In this document: positions 49,740 through 63,182 of the stretch, in pieces
Layout of the letters: each line of letters opens with the position of its first letter
Numbering within the stretch: position 1 is the stretch's first letter
Assembly: GCF_004010195.1 (NCBI RefSeq)
Contig: NC_057720.1
Coordinates: 3,271,481 to 3,334,778 of the forward strand
DNA length: 63,298 nucleotides
Origin: Chiloscyllium plagiosum
Taxonomy: Eukaryota
Reading direction: 5' to 3'
Translations under genes and position numbers: made by a program
Notes under the pieces: model-generated
What the model was told of the DNA's origin: nothing
What the model saw: the letters and a program-made list of their open reading frames with translations, nothing else
Database searches by the model: none

Positions 49740-50170
49740 TTACCTGGGAGGTCATGTGGAGTGTGTTCACTCTTTCTGACTCGCCGCCTCCTTGGCGGCC
49801 GGTTCCGGTTCCGGTTGCTATGGCGGACCGGGACCCTCTGTCGTATTTCGCCGGTTACGGGAGTTCGGGGTCGGAGAGCGAGTCAGAGCCGGGGCCGGAG
49901 CCGGGGCCCACGGCTGAGGGTGTCCGGGCAGGAGGAGCCCAGGCCCCGGCCCAGGCCCAGGCCCAGGCCCCGGCCTCGCAGGCCGCTCTGCCCCGGCCGG
50001 ACGAGCTGTTCAGCAGCGTCTCCAGACCCAGTTTCCTGGGCGGACCCAGGAGCGGCCTCATCAACTGGGACCAGCGGGTAGTGAGGGCCCCGGAGGAGGT
50101 GAGGGCCTCGACGTCGATGTTGATTGTGTTCTGTACGTGACGGAAACAAACCGACAACCGCCGGGGTTTG
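49740..50170 (+). promoter_or_regulatory. CpG island / TATA-less promoter of C1orf52
   Basis: The most conspicuous non-repetitive CpG-dense region in the window. Tandem TTCCGG (ETS/GABP-like) motifs sit at about 49803-49814, directly before ATGGCGG (YY1-like). Confidence 0.7.
49820..50098 (+). CDS. C1orf52: C1orf52 orthologue exon 1
   Basis: ATG within a CpG island. MADRDPLSYFAGYGSSGSESE...LPRPDELFSSVSRPSFL...INWDQRVVRAPEE|gtgagg matches human DPLSYFAAYGSS, LPGPDELFRSVTRPAFL and IDWERHVVKAPEE. Syntenic with BCL10. Confidence 0.93.
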
Positions 50171-51480
50171 ACTCTATCCCAACGCCCCTCTTACACGTTC
50201 AATGTCAGTGTTTATGTGTCTCTGAGACACCGGGAGGGTCTGGTAACTGAATGTTACCCCATTTAACTTCATCACGAAGACCTCGGACGGTGGTATTTCC
50301 CCGCTGCACCTCGGCAGCAGTTGCCCTGAGCTTTAATGTGTTTGATCCCTGAGGAAGGGCTCATGCTCCTCGGACGCTGCCTGACCTGCTGCTCTTTTCC
50401 AGCACCGCTCTGACCTAGGCTCTGACCTCCAGCATCTGCAGCCCTCACTTTCTCCTTTACTGTGGCCCCCAGCGCCAAGTCCTCGACCTTGGAAGGTGTC
50501 AGTCTGCAACACTCACTTCGGGTCAGTTCCTTGCTCTGGGAGACCAGCTAGTTTCGGTCAGGCCAAAGAGCAAGTTTCACCGAGTTGATGGTCCTCTCGG
50601 TGCAGTCAGTGGTTGTCTCGGTGTGTGTCCTGGGGAACAGGCCGTAGAGCAGTTGGGAAGGCATTCACTTTGAGAGGTTAAGAATACAAGAGCAGAAATG
50701 TACCGCTGAGACTGGGTAAGGCTTTGGTCAGACCGCATTTGGGAAATCGCAAGAGGTATTGAGCCCAGTATCTAATGTAATGGACTTAGAGGTTTCACCC
50801 CCAAATTCAACAAGAACTCTTTTGTATTAGAAGTTGGAGTGATCAGCTGGGCAATTCTACATGACAGCTTTCTTATCCCCAACAGAAGATCAGATGAAAG
50901 TGAGCTTCCAATCTCTTCAAACAGCCCTAGCAATTTTCACCAATCACATGTTTCTTAGAAGCTTTATTTACAAAAAAGTCTCCCAGTAACCCTTGATAAA
51001 AGAAACCACTCCAAATATTTTCAGCAATTTGAAATGAATTGATAATTTTTCAATTCTTTTAAAAACTAAGTCTTCCAATAAATATTAAATATGAAGCATC
51101 TTTGTAATACATTCAAGGTACAGGCAAAATCTCCATAGTTCTACTGGGCCATAGGGCTGCTCTTTACTTAGAAGAGACTTGGTGGTGATTTAATCTGAGG
51201 GTCACTACGTCTCAGGTGATGGGAGAGGTTAAGGAGGAGAGACCTGAGAGGTAACACTGTTGATATTACTCTTCATTGTAAACCAGCCTTCCAGCCAATT
51301 GAGCTAACCTCCCCACCCCAACACATTATATAAATGCAATAAGAATTAAAAATGCTAGAAAACCTCAGCATGTGAGAAAAAGAGTTGACATTTTAGTTTA
51401 ATGGTTTTTTTTATCAGAATATGGCATTCGCTATGTTACTTTTACCAATGTAATTAAATTTGTTTTTGTAGTATTTGGAG

Positions 51481-51868
51481 TTAGAGTCATAGAGATGTAC
51501 AGCATAGAGACAGACCCTTTGGTCCAATTCCTCCATGCCAACCAGATATCCTAAACTAATCTAGACCCTATTGCCAGCATTTGGCCCATATCCCACTAAA
51601 CCCTTCCTATTCATATTCCCATCTAGATGCCTTTTAAATGCTGTAATTGTGCCATCCTACACCACTTCCTCTGGCAGCTCATTTCATACACGTACCACTC
51701 TCTGTGTGAAAAAGTTGCCCCTTAGGTCCCTTTTATATCTTTCCCCTCTCACCCTAAACCTATGCCCTCTAGTTCTGGACTCCCCCACCCCAGGGGGAAG
51801 ACCTTGTCTATTTACTCTTTCTATGCCCCTCATGATTTTATAAACCTCTGTACGGTCACCCCTCAGCA
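51481..51868 (-). mobile_element. CR1 3' end in C1orf52 intron 1
   Basis: EVYKIMRGIERVNRQ and TRGHRFRVRG motifs. Confidence 0.88.
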
Positions 51869-51949
51869 AACCAAGTGAAAAGATTGTTTATTTTTAATTT
51901 TTTTTAGTGTACTAATGGTTTACATGGCTCCATTTTGCTGCTCATTTGA

Positions 51950-52162
<213 letters not shown>

Positions 52163-52440
52163 TAGTCGCTCAAACACATGGCACACTTTGAGTTTAAATT
52201 CTTTGCGCATTAAATGTCAATTTGTTTCAGATGCCCCTGAGCCCAAAGGTGTTTGGATGCAAAATGACAGGGCACTGGCTCTGTCGCAATTCTATTAACT
52301 GACTGTCATGACTTGATGAATTTCAAGAAGCTGTTGCAGTTAAGAGAGTACATGGGGTATTTTTCTTTGTTGATCGCAAAGTCTAGAGTTTAAGAGCTGA
52401 GAGCTGGTGCTGTACTGTAGGCTCCAGGTAGACACCTTAC

Positions 52441-53640
52441 AGATCTAGATTAGAGTGGTGCTGGAAAAGCACAGCATGTCAGGCAGCATCCGAGGAGCAG
52501 GAAAATCGACGTTTCGGGCAAAAGCCCTTCATCAGGAATAGAGGCAGGGAGCCTGCAGAGNNNNNNNNNNNNNNNNNNNNNNNNNNNNNNNNNNNNNNNN
52601 NNNNNNNNNNNNNNNNNNNNNNNNNNNNNNNNNNNNNNNNNNNNNNNNNNNNNNNNNNNNNNNNNNNNNNNNNNNNNNNNNNNNNNNNNNNNNNNNNNNN
52701 NNNNNNNNNNNNNNNNNNNNNNNNNNNNNNNNNNNNNNNNNNNNNNNNNNNNNNNNNNNNNNNNNNNNNNNNNNNNNNNNNNNNNNNNNNNNNNNNNNNN
52801 NNNNNNNNNNNNNNNNNNNNNNNNNNNNNNNNNNNNNNNNNNNNNNNNNNNNNNNNNNNNNNNNNNNNNNNNNNNNNNNNNNNNNNNNNNNNNNNNNNNN
52901 NNNNNNNNNNNNNNNNNNNNNNNNNNNNNNNNNNNNNNNNNNNNNNNNNNNNNNNNNNNNNNNNNNNNNNNNNNNNNNNNNNNNNNNNNNNNNNNNNNNN
53001 NNNNNNNNNNNNNNNNNNNNNNNNNNNNNNNNNNNNNNNNNNNNNNNNNNNNNNNNNNNNNNNNNNNNNNNNNNNNNNNNNNNNNNNNNNNNNNNNNNNN
53101 NNNNNNNNNNNNNNNNNNNNNNNNNNNNNNNNNNNNNNNNNNNNNNNNNNNNNNNNNNNNNNNNNNNNNNNNNNNNNNNNNNNNNNNNNNNNNNNNNNNN
53201 NNNNNNNNNNNNNNNNNNNNNNNNNNNNNNNNNNNNNNNNNNNNNNNNNNNNNNNNNNNNNNNNNNNNNNNNNNNNNNNNNNNNNNNNNNNNNNNNNNNN
53301 NNNNNNNNNNNNNNNNNNNNNNNNNNNNNNNNNNNNNNNNNNNNNNNNNNNNNTGTAATCCAGGTAGCTGTGGGAGTCGGTGGCTTTGTAAAAAATGTCA
53401 GTGTCAAGTCGGTCGTCATTAATGGAGATGGAGAGGTCCAGGAAGGGGAGGGAGGTGTCAGAGATGGTCCAGGTAAATTTAAGATCGGGGTGGAATGTGT
53501 TGGTGAAGTTGACGAATTGCTCAACCTTCTTGCGGGAGCATGAGGTGGCGCCAATGCAGTCATCAATGTAGCGGAGGAAGAGGTGGGGAGTGGTGCCGGT
53601 GTAATGACGGAAGATCCACTGCTCTACGTAACCGACAAAG
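52441..53640 (-). mobile_element. Penelope-like element (RT fragment and terminus, central N gap) in C1orf52 intron 2
   Basis: The - strand encodes FLRYIDDCIG...FTNTFHPDLKFTWTISDTSLPFLDLSI...IFYKATDSHSYLDY, which are Penelope RT motifs. Confidence 0.88.
52508..52535 (-). ncRNA. Minimal hammerhead ribozyme motif (Penelope terminus)
   Basis: Reverse complement reads CTGATGAAGGGCTTTTGCCCGAAACGTC. Confidence 0.6.
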
Positions 53641-54837
53641 TTTTACAGATCAGCTAACCGACTTGCAGCAAGATGTGATCATGCATAGAAAAGGCAGAAG
53701 AGATTTACAAGAATGTGGCCAGGGATGGAGAATGTGAGCATCGAGGAAAGATTGGATAATTTGGATTCTTTTCTTGGAACGTTGTAGGCTGATTTAATAG
53801 AGATAATTAAAATAAAAATAAAATAAGTAGAGTTGATAGGAAGAAACTAGCCTTTGTTTTCTATGGGCCCTCTTCGTGGCCAGCTGAGCCTTTTGTTTGT
53901 GCTCACCTTGTCCAATGGCTGTCCAAACAGTCAGCCTCCGGGTGTCAGAGCCATCAGTGACTGTCTCCCAGGTGAGTGTGTCAGAGCCTGCCATCTTCAT
54001 ATCTCACCTACAGTCATCCTCGAAGTAGGGGTAGACACCCAGGAGATCATGACACTGGCCAGTTCATTATACAGAAGATCTTTGGTACTGGAAGGTTCCT
54101 GTTTTCCGGATTGTGCCTGTTAGACTTTAGCCTCTGATTTGTTGCTGCCAGGCCTCTCTGTTCCACCTTGAAGCTGTCTTACAAATCCCTGAAAGCTGCT
54201 CACTGTGGACTTTCAAGTTAAAAGACAGCCTGAAAATTCTTTTTTGTGATTTTTCAATTTATTTTTTTAAAACCATAAAGATTACAATTGTATCCATTAT
54301 TCAATTATCAGCTTTCCAAATTATTTGCTGGAGCTTTTGCAGGATTGATCATATTCTGTTAACGTGGAGTCAACCATGCTGTGGTAATTAATGGAGTTTG
54401 TGTGGAAAAGATGGTCTTGAGGGAAGTTTGTATTATTGCATGGCATAATCTGGTTCATTCAGAACGGGGCGTCGAAACATTACTGTCAGCCTCTTTCCAA
54501 TCTATCTCAGGATCACTCAGCAGTTTGTTTCCATTGAAGCTAAATTCCAAAAACGTGAATGTAATTGTTCTCAGCACTATTTTCCTACTTGTTTTGGGTT
54601 CTTGCTGGCACCTAAATGAAAGTACAGAAATTTGATGGAGGTTGTACCTTGCCTGTGATGAATGCTCTCGGATATGCATGCATGGTATTGCCTGTTCTGT
54701 TTGTCTCCCTCTATATTACTACTTAGGACAAGTCAGGCCACTTCTAACTGCAACAGTGAAACCTACTGTAGTTGGTTTTGTACGATCATAAGATATCAAA
54801 CCGTATTTATGTTGGTGAATATTTTTCTCCTTTTCAG

Positions 54838-54998
54838 ATGAAGATGATGGGGATGACGTGTCTGCAAAGAAACGCAAGATTGAAACATTTCAGCAGAAGG
54901 AGAAACGTAAACGAAATCAGGGACAAGCCAACAGGGAGAAAAGTTTTGTTGAAGAGGAAAAGCGCATTCTCAGGCAGGAGTTTTCCTTAAAAGATTGA
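54838..54998 (+). CDS. C1orf52: C1orf52 orthologue exon 3 (terminal)
   Basis: Acceptor tttttctccttttcag|AT with a phase 1 join. Encodes DEDDGDDVSAKKRKIETFQQKEKRKRNQGQANREKSFVEEEKRILRQEFSLKD*. Total CDS 279+193+161 = 633 nt (210 aa). Confidence 0.9.
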
Positions 54999-55162
54999 AG
55001 GCAAGGCTACCTGGACAAGTCCCCTCCCTTCTCTGGCGGGTTTACCTTACTCAGCCTGAAGACAAGCATTGTGGATTAAAGATGCAGGAGCAAAACCGAT
55101 CGTGATTGCTGTGTGGATTATGCAGTGGGAAAGCTGTCTATATTGTTCACTCGTCCTTTTCA

Positions 55163-55168
55163 AATAAA
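55163..55168 (+). promoter_or_regulatory. Candidate C1orf52 polyadenylation signal
   Basis: First AATAAA downstream of the stop codon; alternatives occur near 55690 and 56142. Confidence 0.3.
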
Positions 55169-56605
55169 CAGGAGGCAAACCTTGGCACTGTGCCAACAGA
55201 AAGCAGCAGGACATTGGTTCAAGAGTGCTGACTTTTCAGTATGGACTTGATACAATTTCTTTTAAACTGAGAAGGAACTTTAGGTTGACACTTTGATGTC
55301 GCGCAGCTTTGATATACACTTGCAGTGTTGATTTAGGTAGAAACTTTGCCAGTGTTCTAGTATTGCCTGTGTAGCAGTCCAACTGGTGTCTGTACAGATG
55401 GCTCGAATGTTGTGAAGCCAGTTTAGTTTGTTCCCAATTCCAGATATTTTTACAACACCTCTAATTACTGAACACAATGTAAAAAATCTTAGCACAGTCT
55501 ACACAGACTTGTATTCTTATTGTTCTGGCTGTAGTATCCTCTTGTTAGTCTAATTATTCAGTCACACATAGCATTGAAAGTCACATGTCTGTGATTACAG
55601 GTAAATTCTGTCCTGAATAGGATGATGTGACCAGGGTGTATATGATATGTACAGTGAAGACTGGACTTCATAGATGTAAAATAGTCCCTAATAAATCCAA
55701 TGGGGAATTCAGGAGAATCATCTTTACTTGTGAGCAGAGCTCACACCCACATTGAACAGTATCGAAGGATTTAAAGCTGGATTAAACTGATGACGGACAA
55801 AGGAACAGAAGAATATTCTGATGGGATTCGTTGAAGAGGGGCGAAAGCACATGTGGAGCCTAAAGAACAGTACAGCCCATTGGGCGGAATGGCCTGTTTC
55901 TGTGCTGTGATGTTTTCTAATTTGAATTACTTCATGTTCTTAGTTATAGAAGCTATGATTCCAAACTTCAGGAAAATGGAATGCAACTAAAGAAGCTTGT
56001 CATTTGTACATATGGGCATGTTGACTTTAATTAGACACATTCCTTCTACCTCTAATGGCTTAAGTTGAGAAAGGATTGGGCAGTAATTTAGCCCTCCATT
56101 CTGTGCTGTTGTTTTTCAAGCTAATATTAAAATGACATTGCAATAAAGTTGACGCAAACAGCAGAGATTTGTCATGGGTTGGCAGGAGGAACAGCAGCTC
56201 ACATGAGGCAGGCAGCAGGAATAGATTTGAACTGTATTCCTTTAAATGAGACAACCTTGAGTGAGAGTTGTATCACATGAATATAGCAGTATTTACATTT
56301 AAAATAATCAGGTGTAAAAAACCACAGGTCAACAAGGATAGTGGAGAAACTTCTAAAGAGATGAAGCTTGCAATCTGAATTAAAAACTAGATCAAACCCT
56401 GTTTGTACCATCCTTTAAACAACCAGTTTTAGCTGTGACAGAATTGGTTGAGCAGAGACTTAAAGGTTAGTATACCTTAGTACAAACTCCAGGTGTCTGC
56501 ATTGCTATCCAGTGTGTGACCTAATTTATTTTATTGTGGACTCATGGAATTTGCATGTTTACTATGATTGGTCCATTAGTACAAGGAAGGTAAGGGCTCC
56601 GTCTT

Positions 56606-56920
56606 TAGATTAGATTAGATTACTTACAGTGTGGAAACAGGCCCTTCGGCCCAACAAGTCCACACTGACCCGCCGAAGCGTAACCCACCCAGACCCATTC
56701 TCCTACATTTACCCCTTCACCTAACACTACGGGCAATTTAGCATAGCCAATTCACCTGACCTGTACATTTTTGGACTGTGGGAGGAAACCGGAGCACCCG
56801 GAGGAAACCCACGCAGGTACGGGAGAATGTGCAAACTCCACCCACAGTCACCTGAGGTGGGAATTGAACCCGGGTCTCTGGCGCTGTGAGGCAGCAGTGC
56901 TAACCATACTGCCACCATGC
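56606..56920 (-). mobile_element. HE1-type SINE
   Basis: (TAGAT)n tail, V-domain and reverse A/B boxes. Confidence 0.92.
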
Positions 56921-58009
56921 CTTACATTTGTTTAAAAACTATTCAAGTTATTGACTCTTAAACATTTGAACTTATTGATGAAATTAGCTGTAGAAACAAA
57001 ATCTGTCATTAGGATACTGCAGGAAATGAATTTAGAAATTCTCAATGCAGGTCATAACATGACAAATTGGAACAAAATTGACCATTTGGCTTTGAGCCTG
57101 TCTGTGCAATTAAATAGGTCAAGACTGACCATCTGCCTTACCTCAGTCTTTCCTGTATTATCTCCACATCACTTGATTCCCATTGCTCAGTCTCAGATGT
57201 ACTTAATGACAAAGCTTTTAAAACGTGGGGCTAAAGAATTCTATCAATTGAGAAACCTGAGTAAAGAAATGTCTCCTCCTTTCGTATGGCTGACCTCTTC
57301 TTCTGATACTGAGACTCTGTTTGAAAATCTCCAACCAAGAGAAACATTTTCTCAGCAACTACCTTTCTAAGTCCCTGAGGAAATATACGTTTAAATTCAA
57401 TATCTCATTCGTCTAAACTCCGGGGAATATAGTCAAGGTTAAAGTGATGCTGGAAAAACACAGCATCCGAGGAGCAGGAAAATCAACATTTTGGGCAAAA
57501 GCCCTTCATCAGATCCCTGTGCTTTTCCAGCATCATTCTAATCTTAACTGATCTCCAGCATCTGCAGTCCTCAATTTCGTCCAGGGAATATAGGTCTAGT
57601 CCACTCAAATCTGTCCTTATTGTTCCCAGAGTAGTCTGGTGAATATTGCACTCCCTCTGATGCAAATATGCCTTTCATAAAGTCCATCCCTGAGTGAATC
57701 AGATTTTTACACTACAGAAGAAGGCCATTTCACCCATTGAGTGCTTGAAGTTCATTCAGTGTAAGGATGTTTCACCCTGAGCTGTTTTCATGGGTGCTTT
57801 TGTCATAGATGTCCTAATTGCTGGTTGTGTCTGCATGCTAACTTTGTGTCTCATGCATTAGGACATCCAGTCCAGATGAAGGCAAGCATTTCCCAGTCCA
57901 AAAAAAACCTTTATTTTCCTCATAAAATGAATAACTGAAACACATTTTCACTTAGTGCTAACTTCCTGCCTTTTATCTGTTATTTAAGCAATCATTTTCT
58001 GCCCTTTTG

Positions 58010-59235
58010 AATTTCTGCTTTTGAACATCCCTCCACCACACATCAAAGCAGTACCTTAACTACTCATTGCATGAAAAAGTTCTCATTTCACGTTTGCTTC
58101 ATTTGCAAAACATTTTAAATCTGTGCTCATCAGGTCTTGATCCTTTTACAAAAATAGAACCAGTTTCACTCTGTCTACTGTGAGCAGACCCCTCATGACT
58201 GAAAACGTCCATCAGATCTGTCTTGGTTTCTTTTTCACAGGAAGCAGCCCCAACCTCTCCAATTTGCCTTCAAATCTGAAGTTTTTCATTCTAGGAACCA
58301 TTCTTGTAAACCTCTTTTGGATCATTTTGCCAGTACATTCACATTTTACCCAAAATCTGCTGCCCAGAATTGTGTACAATACTCCATTGGAGGTCAAGTT
58401 AATGTCCTATTTAAGCATAACCTTCACGCACACGTACCTTAGGCAACTCTTCTTGATGCCCAAGATACTGTATGTTTTATTAACTGCTCTCTGTGTCATG
58501 TTGCCATTCATGACTGCATATAAACACCCAGGCCTGCCTGCTCCTGCACACCTGTTAGGAATGCTACCCTTTATTTTATACTGACTTGCCATATTCTTTG
58601 TACCAAAATGTGCCGCCACCCATTTCCTTGCATTGAATTCTATCTACCCACCTCACCAACTTGCCAGTGTCCTTTAGAAGTTGTACGCTATCATCACTTT
58701 GTATCATTTGCTCCCACACTTTGTATCATTTGCAAACTTCAAGATTGTCCCCGGCACCCCCAAGACCTTGCTTATTTCTGTATATGGGGAAAAAAGGGTC
58801 ACAATTCCTACCTCTGAGGACTCCACTACAAACCTTCCTCTAGCCTAAACAATATCCATTATCAATTACTGATTCCTGTTCCCTCAGCCAATTTTGTACC
58901 CATATTACTGCAGACTCTTTTATTCCACAGAGGTAAAAACAATGACTGCAGATGCTGGAAACCAGATTCTGGATCAGTGGTGCTTATTCCACAGCCTATC
59001 GCTTTCCTCAAGTCTGTTCTATGCCACTGTACGGATACCTTTTGGAAGTCAACATACACCATACCAACAGCAATATCCTCATCAGACTTTTCTGTTGCAT
59101 CTTCAAAAACTCTAACTAAGATTTTCTCTTAATACATTCATGTGAGCTGTTCTGAATTAGACCGTTTTTTTCCCATGTTATATTAATTTGATACCAAGTA
59201 ATTGTTCCTCAAAGTTTCGGCACCACGGAAGTTAA
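58010..59235 (-). mobile_element. Old CR1/L2-type LINE ORF2 fragment
   Basis: VYVDFQK, IQKRFTRMVPRMK and LERLGL motifs, heavily degraded. Confidence 0.7.
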
Positions 59236-61459
59236 GCTAAATATCTAGCATCATATCCCTCTATACCCTTCTCTCACACGTTCAATTTCCTTTTAAATAT
59301 ATTATTCACTTCAACCACTCCTGTGGTGGCAACCACACTTTGGGTGAAGAAATTTCTTCAGAAATCCCAATTGCATTTCTTGATGACTGTCATATTGATG
59401 ATCTCTAATTGTGCTCTTCCCCACATCCTCAGTATTCACTATAAAAACATTTCCCAAATTCAAAGACATCCACAAGGTCCTGTTTAAGGAGAAAGTAACC
59501 CATCCTGTCATTTCTTTCCTGATGTGTTCTGAAACATTTGTGTTTAGCGATTTTTGAGAAGATTTGTAGCTCAGGTTGAGGAATTATCAACACTGATTTG
59601 CCCGGAGGCGCGCTGAAGATGTTATCTAGCAGGGTGATGAAATGTCTGGAAATGAACCTTCCAGCTCAGCAAGCAAACCTACATCCAGAACATTTGTGTT
59701 TAACTATCATTAATCTTGGGCACCATCTTCAGTGCCTCTCTATATCTTTAGTGTAGTGTAATGTGGACTGCAGCGGCCCATGAAGAGAGCTCACCTTCTC
59801 AGGGACAACTCGGGATGGGCAATAAATGCTGGCCCAGCCAATGATGCCCACATCCCACGAGTGAATAAGCAAGTGGCAAGTGGAGATAGAAGTAGTCGCT
59901 GAGGTGGGAAAGTGAATGTACTATAGCCATGTTTGCAGTGGCGAATTTCTTTCCCCCTACCATCTCCACATCCCTCCATCACCACCATCAGTAGCCTTTC
60001 CCTCCCTCCCTCCCATCCCCTGCATTGTCACTCCCCCTGCTGACCACCATCCCAATACCATGCTTCTCAGTGTAACCAGTCTGGAACTTTTTGTATGGTG
60101 TAGCACATCTGGAATTGTGCACATGAGTGTTTTCAGTGAACATAGATGCAGAGTTACTTGCATTTGTTGGTGTTTGCAAACACTGCTGTCTTTATATTGG
60201 TTGGTGCAGTTCTGTTTTCTGGTTAATAGTAACCCCAGGAAGTTCACAGGGGATTGAGTGATGGTGAAGAGATGGTTAGATTCTCTCCAGTTGGAGATGA
60301 TAATTATCTGGCAATTGTGTGGTGCAAATATAACTTGTTACGTGTGAGCCCACACCTGGGTAATGTCCAGGGCTTGCTGCATTTGGGCATTGGCAGCGTC
60401 AGCATTTGGGTTGTGAATGGTGCTGAATGTTACGTTATTTTCAGTGAACATTCCCATGTTTATGATGAAGAAGCAACTGCATATAGTTGGACCTACCCTG
60501 AGGAATTCTTGCAGAGATGTCTTGCAGCTGAGATTACTGATTTCCAACAATTCCAAACATCATCTTTTGTGTCAAGTGCGACTGCAAACAGTAGAGAAGT
60601 TTGAAAGAGAGTTGCCACAGCTGGAAGGGTTAATAGGTAATTGGTGGGATGAGCAACAGGGACATGAGACAAACATTTTCACTCTGCACATGATTAGATT
60701 GCACTGACTGTGAATGTGACAGCAACATGTTCAGTGGAGACTTTCGGAAGATGATAATTATCAAAATTATGAAATGATTGCTTAGGTGGAAGGAAACTGG
60801 AAACTTGGGCATTCTTGGTGTCTATTTAAAATGAAATCCCTTTGTGCTGCAGCTTTCTGTCCTCATTCCTCATTTAAATAATATTCTGCTCCTCTATTCT
60901 TCCTGCCAAAGTGCATAACCACACATTTTCCCACATTAAATTCAATCTGCCAAGTTTTGGCCCAAGAATATTACCCAATTTCTTACCCTGTTTATATCCC
61001 TCTGTCATCCTCAGCACTTGCCTTCCCATCTATTTTTATGTCATCCATAAATGTGGCCATAGCACAATTACTTCTCCATCCGAGTCAGGAACACAGTGTA
61101 AATAATTGAAGGAGGAAGTTCCTTACCTGACATGTTCAACAGTGAATGCTGTTTGGCACTGAAAAATCCAATCATAAGATGGCCTGACATAAAGAACTGC
61201 AACAAAGATATTCAAGCTAGATTGATGGAAATTTTCCAGATCTTTAGAGCGCAGGATGTAGTGTTATCATCAGGTTATACGGGATTTTTAAATTATTATG
61301 ATGAACTGTTTGCAGTATGATACTGGATAATATCTTTTCAGCTTTTCTCTTTCACTGAATCCTATGAATCACTGTTTGGTGTTTGCACAGAGTTTTTCCA
61401 CGGTCTGTCGAAAAGCAGTCCTACTGACCTGGAACAATAAGGGGTATTTAAATAAGACC

Positions 61460-62970
61460 ATAAGATAAAAAAAAGTCCACCATTCAACGCATCAGGTTTG
61501 CTCTGTCATTGAGTGTGACTTTGGCTGATCTGAGAATCTAAAACTCCACTTTCTTGTCTTTTCCCCATAACCCTTTATCCCGTTATTGATTAAAAATCTT
61601 TGTGTCAGCCTTAAAGATACTTGATGCCCCAGCATAGACAGGCTTCTGCAGTAACAAACTTCACAGATTTACTACCCTCAGAGAGAAGGAGTTCCTCACC
61701 TCTGAGATGATGCCCTCTAGTCCTAGACTCTTCCACAAGGAGAAACATTTCCCCATCTACCCTGTCAAGTTCCCTAAGAAATTAGTCTATTTCAGTAACG
61801 TTGCCTCTCATTCTAAATTCCAATGAGTACAGGCCTGCTCAATCTCTCCTCAGAAGACAGTCCCTCCATACCCAGGATCAGACTAGTGAACCCTCTCTGG
61901 AGTCAGTATATCTACCGGCAATAAAAGGGGCCCAAACCTTTCACAGTCTCCCAGCTGTGGCCTTGTCAGAACCTTGTATAATTTTAGCAAAACTTCCGCA
62001 GTTTTACTCTCCATTCCCTTTGAAATAAAGACCAACATCCCATTTGTCTCCTCTATTACCCACTGAACTTGGATGCTAACTTTCTGTTATTCATGCATGA
62101 GGATTCCCAAATCCCTCCTTGCTGCAGCTTTCTGCACTCAAATAATATTTTGTTCCTCTGTTGTTCCTGCTAATGTGTGTAACTGCATGTTTTCCCATAT
62201 TCATTCAATCTGTCGAGTTTTTGCCCAATTTCTGAACCTGTCTATAACCCCGCTACAGACTGTCACCCTCAACACTCACTTTCCCATTTATGTTTGTGTC
62301 AGCTGCAAACGTGGCTCGAGCACATTCACTTCCCTATCCAAGTCATTAATATATATTGGAAATAATTGTGGCCCCAGTACTGATCCCTTTGGCCCTCCAC
62401 TAGTTACAGGTTGCTATTAGATTAGACTAGACTACATTACAGTGTGGTAACAGGCCCTTCGGCCCAATAGGTTCACACCGACCCACCGAAGCGCAACCCA
62501 CCCATACCCCTACCCCTACATTTACCCCTTACCTAACACTACAGGCAATTTAGTATGGCCAATTCACCTGACCTGCACATCTTTGGACTGTGGGAGGAAA
62601 CCGGAGCACCCGGAGGAAACCCACGCAGACACGGGGAGAACGTGCAAACTCCACACAGTCAGTCGCCTGAGGCGGGAATTGAACCCGGGTCTCTGGCGCT
62701 GTGAGGCAGCAGTGCTAACCACTGTGCCATCATGCTATCTTGAGAATAAACATGCCTTGCCTCACTCCAACATTGTCTATTAGCCAATTATCTATCCATG
62801 CTCACACACTACCCCTGATAGTAGGAGCTCTTATCCTATAAAGTAGCCTCATGTATGGTACCTTATTAAATCGCCTTCTGAAAATCCAAATGTACTGCTT
62901 TCCCTTTATTTCTCCTGCTTGTTACCTCCTCTAATAAAGCTGTCAGACATGATTTTCCCTCATGACACCA
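61460..62970 (-). mobile_element. Old CR1-type LINE ORF2/3' fragment with a nested HE1 SINE (62418-62730)
   Basis: GSVLGPQLFPIYINDL and FAADT-like motifs on the - strand; SINE with (TAGAT/C)n tail. Confidence 0.78.
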
Positions 62971-63182
62971 TGCTGTCTCATTTATTAGTCAATATTAATA
63001 GGTCAGGAACTCTTGACTGAAGAGGCACATATCAGTAATTCCCTACGGAAGTTGTAGGATAATAATCTGTGTTTTTAATGATTACAAAGGTCTGAGTGGG
63101 ATGTCTGGTTTGTGCACTTTAGGTAGTCCATAGAATCTGGGGGTGTTGTTGCTTTCAGGTTTCATTCTTTGTAGGTCCGACC

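Noticed and set aside
49512..50157. Overlapping ORFs in alternative frames and on the antisense strand at C1orf52 exon 1
   Set aside because: High GC content and the 42-bp repeat suppress stop codons; only the MADRDPLSYF frame shows homology.
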